Below, piece by piece: positions 9,826-18,499 of a stretch of 64,000 nucleotides of DNA (its first letter is position 1; the number at the start of each line of letters is the position of its first letter). Made by a program: the position numbers and the translations under genes. The notes under the pieces were generated by a model. The model ran no database searches. It had not been told where the DNA came from and saw only the letters and a program-made list of their open reading frames with translations. The stretch is from a bacterium (GTDB taxonomy: Bacteria > CSSED10-310 > JAFGSJ01). The stretch is taken from contig JAFGSJ010000104.1 of the NCBI GenBank assembly GCA_016934675.1, positions 10,861 through 74,860 of the forward strand, given 5' to 3'.

Positions 9826-11427
9826 CTATTGGGATGAAAGATTTAACTTATTTACCTTATAGACAGCTACCCCTTCATCCTGCATGATGAGATCGAGAAA
9901 AGCCGGTCTACTCCGATAATGTAAGAGATGCCCCATTGAACCGTATGCCGTTACATCGCTGATGAGAATGAAATCAACATCATTCTTCAGCAGAAAAGAC
10001 TGTAAAGAACCATAAAATACATGATAATCTAGCAGTTTTCGTCCATATGGCAGAGGAATACGCATATACTTGAATTTTACATATCTCTGAATATAAGGAA
10101 AACGCCCGGCAACCGTAATTGATTGCCCATAGTTCTGTTCCAGAATTCGTGCCTTGGCCAATTCTGCGACGGGATGGTTCGTGATAAATGTGTGGAGCCT
10201 ATCCGCTGTACTGCCACATAAAGACAGGAAAAAGAGAATGTGAATACCTATTAAACTCAACTTCTTCAGAGATACACGTGTTGTAGGAACAGATACAAAT
10301 GTTGTGAACAGAAAATGACCAATATAGAGACAGAACAACGATAATACAGGTAGTAAAAAACGATGAAAAACCGTATAGAATACGCAATGCATGGAGACGT
10401 AACTAACAATGAATATCAAAAGCATCACTCGTTTACGGGTCCATGACCGCAGTATCGTAACCATCCCGCCACACAATAAAGCGATAAATATATAACCGGC
10501 TCTACCTCCACCGCCAATTTCCATCAAACATGGATGCATAAACAATTTTAAATTCGTTAATGCATTCGTCAAAACTTGCGTTGGATAGTGGCGGACTACA
10601 TCCCAAACACCATCGATCGAATGATAGCCTCCACCAATCCAGTGATTGGGAACAACCTGATATGCTAAATTTTCCCAATTCTCATCATAGAGAATTTTTC
10701 CAAAAGCCAAATAGCTTAAAATAAAATGAGGTGTCAAAAAAACGAGTACGAAGAATAAAAAGAGCAAAAATAATTTCAGTCTTGACCGGAAATTTTGGCG
10801 ATTTAGCGGCAGAAGTAAAGCGAATAGTATGGTTGGGATGAGGGCAATCGCTGAATAACGTGTAAAATATGCCAGGGCGAAGGATAAGGAAAATAATGGA
10901 ATATAAAAAGGGGTATTCTGATCGGCTGTCTTGACACAAAAGACGAGGGTCAGCAGGGTAAAAGCGGCGAAGGTCATATCTGTCGTAACGTGCAGACCTT
11001 CCAGAATGACATTGCTATTACAGATTAAGGCCAGCAGGGCGAACAGACCCGCTTTTTTACTGAAACAGGCGCTGCCGAGCAAATAGGTACAGTATAAGAA
11101 AAGGCCGGCAGAGAGGGAAGAAATCGTGCGGGCAGCAATGAAAGTATCACCGATGAGCAAGCTCAAACCCGCACTCAAGATGGGGTACAAGAGTGGATGA
11201 AATTTATCTTTGGGCACGGTGCCATCGAGCAGAGAATCAGCTTTTTCGACATAAAGGTCAAATTCGGCGGAACCAACTTCCTCGATCGGATGGTAAAAAC
11301 CACCGAAAATACATAAAAAAGTAGTATAGCCAATGATAATTACGGTAACAGCGGTATTAATGCTCATTTTTGTAAGTAGCCAAGGCTCAGAAGGAAGCCT
11401 TTCATTCATGGATTGTTCATTGAGCAT
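9826..11427 (-). CDS. GT-C fold membrane glycosyltransferase (family 39 / ArnT-PMT_2-like)
   Basis: 533 aa with about 11 predicted TM helices. The first-loop acidic region and FHPLLYPIL motif resemble ArnT/PMT_2 proteins, and there is a soluble C-terminal domain. Confidence 0.55.
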   Translation of the reverse strand: MLNEQSMNERLPSEPWLLTKMSINTAVTVIIIGYTTFLCIFGGFYHPIEEVGSAEFDLYVEKADSLLDGTVPKDKFHPLLYPILSAGLSLLIGDTFIAARTISSLSAGLFLYCTYLLGSACFSKKAGLFALLALICNSNVILEGLHVTTDMTFAAFTLLTLVFCVKTADQNTPFYIPLFSLSFALAYFTRYSAIALIPTILFALLLPLNRQNFRSRLKLFLLFLFFVLVFLTPHFILSYLAFGKILYDENWENLAYQVVPNHWIGGGYHSIDGVWDVVRHYPTQVLTNALTNLKLFMHPCLMEIGGGGRAGYIFIALLCGGMVTILRSWTRKRVMLLIFIVSYVSMHCVFYTVFHRFLLPVLSLFCLYIGHFLFTTFVSVPTTRVSLKKLSLIGIHILFFLSLCGSTADRLHTFITNHPVAELAKARILEQNYGQSITVAGRFPYIQRYVKFKYMRIPLPYGRKLLDYHVFYGSLQSFLLKNDVDFILISDVTAYGSMGHLLHYRSRPAFLDLIMQDEGVAVYKVNKLNLSSQ

Positions 11428-11745
11428 GCTTATCGCTTCAAAGGTGAATGGGTGCAGATGCTTCTTTTCATTAGAGCCAGAGAATATATTGAAAAGGAAA
11501 AGAAATCAAGAGTTCGTCGATAATAGGATATGTTCAGAGAAGTGTAATAACAAGTCCTCAAAGAGTTGAAAAACGGAAAAACGTCCAGAGGTCGGTTCAT
11601 TTGATAAATTGCGCCCAACTTTAGTATCAGAAAACACGGATTGGATTTTGAAGTTGCATCGAGGATTGATGTTTGGTACAAAGTGGTTTAATGGGTAGGG
11701 TAGGGCTGATGTACTATCGGGAAAGGAAAGAAAGAAAAGGAAACA

Positions 11746-14250
11746 ATGATGACCGACCGCTCCGGGCCCGAAAAAAAACTTGATGGACAGGCAGATCAGC
11801 CGCAGACACCTTCTTCTAAACGGGAATCGGATACTGAGTTGACCGTATCTTCTGATCACGATCCAGTCGGATCATTATCAGATCCGGAAACGGTCTCGAT
11901 CACACCCGATCAGGGGCTGAACGATTCGGGGGCCACTGTTCCGGTCTCACCCAAGCAGGACCAACTTCAAGGCAGTCAGCAGTCAGCTACCGAGACTATC
12001 GGGAAATATCGGCTTGTCCTGAAGCTTGGTCAGGGGGGGATGGGTGTTGTCTACAAAGCTATTGATCCGATCATAAAAAGAAACGTTGCGCTCAAAGTCA
12101 TGATCGTAGCCGAGCAGGAGGGCACGGATTACAGTTCCCGCTTCCTGCGTGAGGCGGAAGCCATCGGACAATTGAATCATCCCAACATTGTAACCATACA
12201 TGATGCCGGATTTCACCAGAACAATCCATATCTGGTCATGGAATATCTGGATGGGCAAGACCTGTCGAAAATTATGGCCCATGACCATCTTCCCGAGATC
12301 AACCAGGTCCTGGACATCTTCATTGCTATCTGTCGTGCTCTTCAATATTCGCATCAGCGTGGCATAGTGCACCGTGATATCAAACCCGCCAACATTTTTC
12401 TCACTCGTGACGGCACTGCGAAACTGATGGATTTCGGCATTGCCAAGATCGAAGACAGCAAATTGACCCGGACGGGCATGCTGGTTGGAACTTTGCAATA
12501 TATGTCTCCCGAGCAGATCGATGGCAAAAATGTGGACCATCGGACCGACATCTATTCGATGGGAGTGGTTATGTATGAAGTTTTTTCGCGCAAGCTGCCG
12601 TACAGCGGCCAGACCCTCTCCGAATTGATCAAGAACACCTTGCTGAATGAGCCGGAACCGTTTGAACCTTTTGACCTTGATTTGCCGCCCCTGCTCACGA
12701 GCGTTATCATGAAATGCCTGGCCAAGAAGAAGGAGGATCGTTATCGGGACATGAACCAGATGGTCGAGGCTTTGCTTTTAGTCAAGGAATACGGCAAGAG
12801 ACAAGATGTAGTAGTTTCTGGGCAACCCGATCCTGACCTTTCGAGCGAGAAGTTGACCGCGGCCACACATCATGGTAGGGTTACCCGACCTTTTCTGCCG
12901 CAGCAAACAGGTCCCGATGAAACAGCTCCGACTCCTTCTGCCGCGAAAAAAAATCCACGCCGTTCAGTGGTCTTACTTTCCCTCCTCATACTCGGCACAT
13001 TGATTATATTTATGATCTGGAAGGGGTATGGCCAAAAGCTCGAGGGGAAGCCAACCCCGAGTGCGGACACGCGGACCGAACAGGTCCGGCCCGACAGCAC
13101 GCAGGCCCGGGAAGCTATCGAACCGGTCGGGCAGCCTTCAGTCAAAAGTGCCTGGGAACATGCTCTTCAGGCAGATACGATTGCAGCGTATGAACAGTTC
13201 ATCACTGATTTCGATCAGGAGCAGTACGCACACGAATACATTGATCAGGCCCGAAACCGGATACGCGCCAAACAGCAGGACCAACCTGCCGCAAAGGATG
13301 AAGCCCAGGCAGGGCTTGCCAACATTCAACAGCAATGGCGCAACGCTCGGGCCCTCGATACCCGGGAAGCCTATCTTGAGTTCATCGCGAAATTCGGCGA
13401 CGATCCGCGGGCCGATCGTGAGGTTTCCCTGGCTCGAACCGGACTTGAATCCATCCTACTCAAACAGCGGGACCTGATCAAAGATCGGATAACCAGCGGG
13501 CAAGCCATGGTTCTTGTTCGGGGCGATACCTTTCAGATGGGTGATACCTTCGGGACAGGGGACCAGGACGAAACGGCCCATCAGGTTTCATTAGGCGATT
13601 TTGTGATGGCTCAGCACGAAGTGACCTTCCTGGAATACGACGAGTTCTGCCGAGCGACCGACCGGACCGGACCAGACGATAAAGGCTTTGGTCGTGACCT
13701 GCAACCCGTGATCAATGTGACCTGGTTTGATGCAATCAATTATTGCAATTGGCTCAGTCAACGCCGGGGCTTGACACCGTGCTATAGCATGAGCCCATCG
13801 GAACCGCCCGAGGTGACCTGCGATTTCTCTGCTGATGGCTTCCGTCTGCCGACCGAAGCCGAATGGGAATTTGCCGCACGCATACGCGGCACAAAGGTGT
13901 TATTCAGTAACGGCTCCAACATAGCGGACCGGAACAGTATGCATTACAATAACCGTCACATGACCGACACCAATAAAACCGGACCTAATCCCGTCGGACT
14001 ATTAGGGCCTAATGCTCTCGAGCTCTACGACCTGAGCGGCAATGTCTGGGAATGGTGTTGGGATTGGTATGGGCCCTATCCGACCTCGCCCGTGACCGAT
14101 CCGAAAGGTCCGGAAAACGGCACAAAAAAAGTCATCAGGGGCGGTAGTTGGTACAATCTCGATGCCTCCTACCTACGCACATCCAACAGGTCCTCGGCCA
14201 GCCCTGCCACACAAGGCCATGATATCGGCTTCAGACTTGTCCGCCGATAA
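11746..14250 (+). CDS. Ser/Thr protein kinase with TM segment and C-terminal FGE-sulfatase (SUMF1-like) domain
   Basis: Hanks kinase motifs are GQGGMGVVYKA, HRDIKPANIF, DFG and YMSPEQ. The TM segment is VVLLSLLILGTLIIFMIW. The C-terminal FGE fold shows HQVSLGDFVMAQHEVT, NVTWFDAINYCNWLS, RLPTEAEWEFAAR, GNVWEWCWDWY and RGGSW...IGFRLVRR. Confidence 0.85.
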   Translation: MMTDRSGPEKKLDGQADQPQTPSSKRESDTELTVSSDHDPVGSLSDPETVSITPDQGLNDSGATVPVSPKQDQLQGSQQSATETIGKYRLVLKLGQGGMGVVYKAIDPIIKRNVALKVMIVAEQEGTDYSSRFLREAEAIGQLNHPNIVTIHDAGFHQNNPYLVMEYLDGQDLSKIMAHDHLPEINQVLDIFIAICRALQYSHQRGIVHRDIKPANIFLTRDGTAKLMDFGIAKIEDSKLTRTGMLVGTLQYMSPEQIDGKNVDHRTDIYSMGVVMYEVFSRKLPYSGQTLSELIKNTLLNEPEPFEPFDLDLPPLLTSVIMKCLAKKKEDRYRDMNQMVEALLLVKEYGKRQDVVVSGQPDPDLSSEKLTAATHHGRVTRPFLPQQTGPDETAPTPSAAKKNPRRSVVLLSLLILGTLIIFMIWKGYGQKLEGKPTPSADTRTEQVRPDSTQAREAIEPVGQPSVKSAWEHALQADTIAAYEQFITDFDQEQYAHEYIDQARNRIRAKQQDQPAAKDEAQAGLANIQQQWRNARALDTREAYLEFIAKFGDDPRADREVSLARTGLESILLKQRDLIKDRITSGQAMVLVRGDTFQMGDTFGTGDQDETAHQVSLGDFVMAQHEVTFLEYDEFCRATDRTGPDDKGFGRDLQPVINVTWFDAINYCNWLSQRRGLTPCYSMSPSEPPEVTCDFSADGFRLPTEAEWEFAARIRGTKVLFSNGSNIADRNSMHYNNRHMTDTNKTGPNPVGLLGPNALELYDLSGNVWEWCWDWYGPYPTSPVTDPKGPENGTKKVIRGGSWYNLDASYLRTSNRSSASPATQGHDIGFRLVRR

Positions 14251-14354
14251 AACAGATCATCCTGAAACCGCTTGAACAAATGAATGACAAAAGGGATTGC
14301 ATTTCCTGCTCTCTATGATAGGCTCATCACAAACACGAGCTAAGGAGATGCACC

Positions 14355-15788
14355 ATGACTGACAGCCAGTTGATGAACCTGGTCGATACGATCGACGGTA
14401 TTGTCTGGGGCTACTTTCTGATGTTCCTCTTGATCGGGGTCGGGCTCTTTCTGACAATTCGTTTCCGTTTTGTCCAGTTTCGCCATTTCCGTCATGCCTG
14501 GAGCCTGATAACCGGGCGCTGGGACGATCCCAATGACCACGGTGAAATCACACACCTGCAAGCCCTGTCCACTGCGCTATCCGCCACAATCGGCACGGGC
14601 AACATAGCCGGTGTGGCCACGGCCATCGCTTCAGGCGGCCCCGGGGCCGTCTTCTGGATGTGGATGACCGCGCTGGTCGGTATGTGTACCAAATTTACCT
14701 GTTGTCTGCTCAGTCAAAAATATCGCGAAGTGGACGATAAGGGGGTTGTGGCCGGCGGTCCGATGTACTATTTGCGGGACGGACTCAATCTCAAGTGGCT
14801 GGGGGTAATCTTCGCCTTTTGTGCCGCGTTCGCCTCCTTTGGCATTGGCAACATGGTCCAATCAAATTCTGTGATTCAACCGCTGCACGATTATTTCAAC
14901 CTGAATAAACTGGTCATGGGTCTTATTCTGGCCTTTATCGTGGCCCTGGTGATCATCGGGGGCGTCAAGAGAATTGCTCGGGTCGCCGAGAAAATAGTGC
15001 CCTTTATGGTCGTCATTTATGTCACTGCGGCAATTGTTATTCTGATCATGAATTACAAGCTTGTGCCGGCTGCCTTTATGTCCATATTCTACGGGGTTCT
15101 GGGCTTGAAATCGGCAACTGGCGGGGTCCTGGGTTATGGTGTAGCCCAGGCGATGAGATTCGGCATCGCCCGCGGCCTGTTCTCCAACGAATCAGGTCTC
15201 GGCTCCGCCGCCATCGCCCACGCCCCAGCCCGCACCGCTGAACCTGTCCGGGAAGGCTTCGTGGCTATGCTCGGACCATTCATCGATACGATCGTCATCT
15301 GCTCGATGACTGCTTTGATCATCATTATCAGCGGACTGTATAACACTCCCGAGCAACTGACCGGGGCCACCCTGTCCGCGCGTGCTTTTGACCATTCTCT
15401 CCATGGTATCGGACATCATGTGGTCAGTTTCGGTCTGGTTTTTTTCGCTTTCACCACGATCATCGGCTGGAGTTATTACGGCGACCGTTCCGTCAAATTC
15501 CTGTTCGGAAGGCAGGGGGACAAGGCTGTGGTTATCTATCGCTGGCTCTATGTCTTTCTGATCCCGGTTGGAGCCACTGTCCCGCTGAACCTGGTCTGGG
15601 CCCTGTCCGATATCGCCAACGGTCTGATGGCCTTTCCCAATCTGATCGCACTGGTCGGTCTCTCTGGCGTGGTGGCCCATCAACTCCGGGACTATGAGAC
15701 CCGCTTACCTACGATGAAACCAGTCAATCCCACTCAAATCTGGTTCCTCAATTGGACAGATCGTTTCAAGCGTGGTATTCGATCATAA
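14355..15788 (+). CDS. sodium:alanine (amino acid) symporter, AGCS family
   Basis: 477 aa polytopic protein. Family-typical segments are QALSTALSATIGTGNIAGVATAI, GGPGAVFWMW and FSNESGLGSAAIAHA. AAGGAG lies 7 nt upstream of the ATG. Confidence 0.85.
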   Translation: MTDSQLMNLVDTIDGIVWGYFLMFLLIGVGLFLTIRFRFVQFRHFRHAWSLITGRWDDPNDHGEITHLQALSTALSATIGTGNIAGVATAIASGGPGAVFWMWMTALVGMCTKFTCCLLSQKYREVDDKGVVAGGPMYYLRDGLNLKWLGVIFAFCAAFASFGIGNMVQSNSVIQPLHDYFNLNKLVMGLILAFIVALVIIGGVKRIARVAEKIVPFMVVIYVTAAIVILIMNYKLVPAAFMSIFYGVLGLKSATGGVLGYGVAQAMRFGIARGLFSNESGLGSAAIAHAPARTAEPVREGFVAMLGPFIDTIVICSMTALIIIISGLYNTPEQLTGATLSARAFDHSLHGIGHHVVSFGLVFFAFTTIIGWSYYGDRSVKFLFGRQGDKAVVIYRWLYVFLIPVGATVPLNLVWALSDIANGLMAFPNLIALVGLSGVVAHQLRDYETRLPTMKPVNPTQIWFLNWTDRFKRGIRS

Positions 15789-15862
15789 ATCAGCGATCAT
15801 CCCAGTTGTAATTGTGTGTTTCAGCGTTTATGGGCCCTCATCGACATGGTCCCCTCTCCAAG

Positions 15863-15910
15863 TGTGACATGTTACATATTTGTAACAGCACGGGTCTGTA
15901 ACATGTTACA
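15863..15910. promoter_or_regulatory. array of TGTAACA/TGTTACA half-sites (two 14-mer palindromes plus one extra half-site); candidate activator/operator sites
   Basis: TGTGACATGTTACA lies at 15863-15876 (13/14 palindromic). TGTAACA lies at 15881-15887. The perfect palindrome TGTAACATGTTACA lies at 15897-15910. The array is in a 454-nt intergenic region, about 150-190 nt upstream of the sigma54-like element. Confidence 0.5.
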
Positions 15911-16053
15911 CAATATGGGTCGGGCAAAGTAGTCCCCCAAGAGGCTGGCATCTCGGACCAAGTATAGACCGACAAATTAGACCGGTAATATCTCGACACA
16001 TTCAAAGAAAGAGAATATTGCCCATTGTTCCTTCACAAATGTCATTTTTGAAT

Positions 16054-16068
16054 TGGCATCATAATTGC
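16054..16068 (+). promoter_or_regulatory. sigma54 (RpoN)-type -24/-12 promoter candidate
   Basis: TGGCAT-CATAA-TTGC at 16054-16068 matches TGGCAC-N5-TTGC in spacing and in 9/10 conserved positions. It lies 175 nt upstream of the DUF4197 ATG. Confidence 0.5.
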
Positions 16069-16242
16069 TAAACACTATCGTCAAGATTCACTCATTTTTT
16101 TTGAGAAAGGAGGAAAGAACAATAATACAGTCAACGAGCGACTGGTGGAAAAGGGCGTCCTTGACTGAATTGAACAAGAAAGCAAGAAAAAGTCGAGTTT
16201 TTTCATGGGCAGATCAGCAATACATAGAAGGAGGAGTATTCC

Positions 16243-16923
16243 ATGAGAAGGTCCATCACGATTATTATAACTAGTGTATTTCTTTTTTCTTCATTTTGTG
16301 TACTCTCGGCAGATGAGAAAGTTATTGAGGGGCTGAAGGAAGCATTAAAGATCAGTATTCAGAATTCAGTAAAAAGAGTCGGTTGTCTCGATGGCTATTT
16401 CAAGAATGACGCCATCAAGATTTTACTACCCAAAGATTTACACAAGGTGGAAGAATATCTTTCTCAAGTCGGTGCTGAGAAATACATCGAGCAATTCGTG
16501 GAAAAAATGAACCGTGCTGCAGAAGAAGCAGTGCCTCTGGCCCAGGAAATTTTCGTTGATGCGGTAAAAAAAATTCAGTTCGACGATGCGCTGAAAATAC
16601 TGAATGGTAAAGGGAACGAGGCCACGGTCTATCTCCAGGAAAAGACCACGTCCTCACTTGTAGAGAAATTTACCCCCCTGGTCCGTCAGTCGATGGAAAA
16701 AGTTGGCGCTGTTAAAGCTTACAATGATCTCGTTGATAAATACTGCCAGAATCCATTGTTTCAAAAAGTGGACCTGGATTTGAACAAGTACGTCACGGAG
16801 AAAGCTGTCGATGGATTATTCAAGACCGTAGCTGAAGAAGAGACAAAAATCCGGACAGACCCCGCCGCTCGGATTACGGACCTGTTACAAAATGTCTTCA
16901 GCGGATTAACGGGGCATGATTGA
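16243..16923 (+). CDS. DUF4197 domain-containing secreted protein
   Basis: 226 aa with a signal peptide (IIITSVFLFSSFCVLSA). Family-like segments are LKEALKIS...DGYFKNDAIKILLPKDL and the C-terminal IRTDPAARITDLLQNVF. A strong SD (AAGGAGGAG) lies upstream. Confidence 0.7.
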   Translation: MRRSITIIITSVFLFSSFCVLSADEKVIEGLKEALKISIQNSVKRVGCLDGYFKNDAIKILLPKDLHKVEEYLSQVGAEKYIEQFVEKMNRAAEEAVPLAQEIFVDAVKKIQFDDALKILNGKGNEATVYLQEKTTSSLVEKFTPLVRQSMEKVGAVKAYNDLVDKYCQNPLFQKVDLDLNKYVTEKAVDGLFKTVAEEETKIRTDPAARITDLLQNVFSGLTGHD

Positions 16924-17175
16924 TTCATTATTTCGTCATGGATCGGGACCGGAGAAAACAAGGTTATTACCGGGAGCCAGATCGAAAAGGCTTTAGGACA
17001 GGACAATATCCAAAACATGGCCGCGGAAACGGGCACTTCTCCAGCATCGGTGAGTGCCAGTCTTGCCCAACTAATGCCCATGATTATCGATAAGCTCACG
17101 CCCGATGGCAAAGTCACGGAAGGCGGTTTATTGGACCAGGGTCTTGATGCCCTGAAGAAATCACTGTTCAAATAA
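16924..17175 (+). pseudogene. YidB/DUF937-like domain without a start codon, in frame directly behind the TGA stop of the DUF4197 gene
   Basis: The translation is FIISSWIGTGENKVITGSQIEKALGQDNIQNMAAETGTSPASVSASLAQLMPMIIDKLTPDGKV...LDALKKSLFK*. This matches the conserved C-terminal two-thirds of YidB-family proteins. The first ATG (17017) lies after the conserved SWxGxGxN motif. Coding status is uncertain. Confidence 0.55.
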
Positions 17176-17197
17176 GCGATACTCGGCTTTCAGAATT

Positions 17198-17330
17198 GAT
17201 GTGAGTGTGCATCTTCCCGGTCTATTTGACTATACTCGGTGTTCCTTATGTATCAGTTGTGGTATTTAGTAGGTCCACCGGTGTTTGTGAGTATAGCGGT
17301 TGTGTGAGACAGAAGGTGCACACTCATATC
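17198..17330 (+). other. long nested inverted repeat (possible structured RNA or bidirectional transcription stop) in a convergent intergenic region
   Basis: 17198-17216 pairs with 17312-17330 over 19 bp if two G-U pairs are allowed on the plus-strand RNA. An inner stem pairs CTATACTC 17230-17237 with GAGTATAG 17289-17296. There is no U-tract. Confidence 0.35.
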
Positions 17331-17350
17331 ATTACTCTCAATGATTCCAC

Positions 17351-18499
17351 TCAATCAGGCCTTTTATGATGTTGAGTCATTGATATGCGATAGCCCTTAT
17401 TCCCATTGAATAAGAAAAGACCGGTGCATCTTTTACAGGCAGGGAAATATCCGTGCTTGGCCAGAGCAATTCTGAATGTTCGAAATTTCTTACCATTCCA
17501 AATCTGTTTGTAACTTTGCTCCTTTATATTGCCGGTGGAATAATTGAGATAACAAGGTTTCAGGTCTCCATTTGGAAAAACATACGAAACGGTCCAGGGA
17601 ATAATACATCGCCGTGCTCCCAGATGCTGATCTGGCTGCTGATAATAGGTGATGATCTCATCCGGGCCCAGAAGTGGAAAATAGATAATCTGGATTTTAT
17701 GTGTTTTTCGTTGAACGAGATCAACATTTCGGACGAGAACATGTGGGTCGATATCGCGCAAAGCCAAATTCGGTGTTGATTTCAGCAGTCCAAACTCGGG
17801 GAAATCCCGATTCTGCTGAGCGACTGCCTGCGGGTCCCAAAACCATAAGTGGGTCAAGGTTATCGTATCTCCGCCGATATTTTCAGCCCATTGGACCATC
17901 TCGGGGAAAGATAAATAATTATCATTGGTTAGAATATAATTGATGATTATCCGGGGAATGCAAGAATTCCGTTTTCTCTTAAGGGCAACGATTGTTCTGA
18001 TCCCATTTTCAATTTCATGAAACGCGCCCTTTCTCTGAACAATCCGATCATGGACACATGCGGGACCATAGAGACTTATAATCACGACATCTACGCGAAG
18101 ATCAAGCATACTATGGGCATTTGGGGCAAGCAAGCTTCCATTCGTGGAAATAGTGAGGTTTAAACCGCATTCCTTAATAAAATCAGTCAATTCCAATAAA
18201 TGAGGGTATAAAAAGGGTTCGCCTCCACTAAGCCGTATCTGCGGTTTTAAGAAGGAACATTCCTTGATAAATCGTTCATATTGGGACAATGAAGGGGAAC
18301 TACTCTCGCTGGACTTGTCTCCGCTCGCTTGATCCTTTTCTAAAATACGATGGTAACAATGCGGACAGAAATTATTACATGAAAAAGTCAAATAAAAAGT
18401 AATATCTATTGGCCAGAGTGCAAAGCCAACATGTTTTAACACATAGTCCGGGAGTGAACGTATCCTGGTATTCCCCAACAATTCTTTTAGTTTTTTCAT
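17351..18499 (-). CDS. radical SAM protein with C-terminal SPASM/twitch-like Cys motif (copy 1)
   Basis: The CxxxCxxC motif is FSCNNFCPHC. SGGEPFLYP is present. The C-terminal Cys pattern is C-x17-(Gx4)C...CKRC. ATG 18499 overlaps the stop of copy 2 (ATGA). The longer ORF reaching 18550 would run into copy 2. Confidence 0.85.
   Translation of the reverse strand: MKKLKELLGNTRIRSLPDYVLKHVGFALWPIDITFYLTFSCNNFCPHCYHRILEKDQASGDKSSESSSPSLSQYERFIKECSFLKPQIRLSGGEPFLYPHLLELTDFIKECGLNLTISTNGSLLAPNAHSMLDLRVDVVIISLYGPACVHDRIVQRKGAFHEIENGIRTIVALKRKRNSCIPRIIINYILTNDNYLSFPEMVQWAENIGGDTITLTHLWFWDPQAVAQQNRDFPEFGLLKSTPNLALRDIDPHVLVRNVDLVQRKTHKIQIIYFPLLGPDEIITYYQQPDQHLGARRCIIPWTVSYVFPNGDLKPCYLNYSTGNIKEQSYKQIWNGKKFRTFRIALAKHGYFPACKRCTGLFLFNGNKGYRISMTQHHKRPD

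Noticed and set aside
11693-11721. G-quadruplex motif GGG-TA-GGG-TA-GGG-N13-GGG in the kinase leader
   Set aside because: The fourth G-run needs a 13-nt loop, beyond the usual limit of 7 nt, and nothing else supports a function.
14050-14250. C-terminus of the kinase FGE-fold domain as a diversity-generating-retroelement variable region
   Set aside because: FGE and C-type-lectin folds are classic DGR targets. However, no reverse transcriptase, no accessory gene and no template-repeat copy of this segment is visible anywhere in the 64 kb.
14251-14354. Glycine or amino-acid riboswitch upstream of the alanine symporter
   Set aside because: The leader is only about 100 nt, and I could not find the conserved GGAGAG...CACCG-type cores or a terminator/antiterminator pair.
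16065-16274. 69-aa ORF starting with TTG at 16065
   Set aside because: Its TTG start is the TTGC -12 element of the sigma54-like promoter. It runs into the well-supported DUF4197 start, it is Lys/Glu-rich and it has no SD.
16921-16990. Selenocysteine recoding of the in-frame TGA
   Set aside because: The sequence just downstream forms only short 4-bp helices (GATC/GATC and CCGG/CCGG) rather than a SECIS-like hairpin. No selA/selB/selC/selD genes are visible, and many other genes in the window use TGA as a normal stop.
16761-17171. 136-aa minus-strand ORF overlapping the DUF4197 3' end and the YidB-like segment
   Set aside because: The plus-strand translation has clear family matches (DUF4197 and YidB). 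The minus-strand product has none and no ribosome-binding site.
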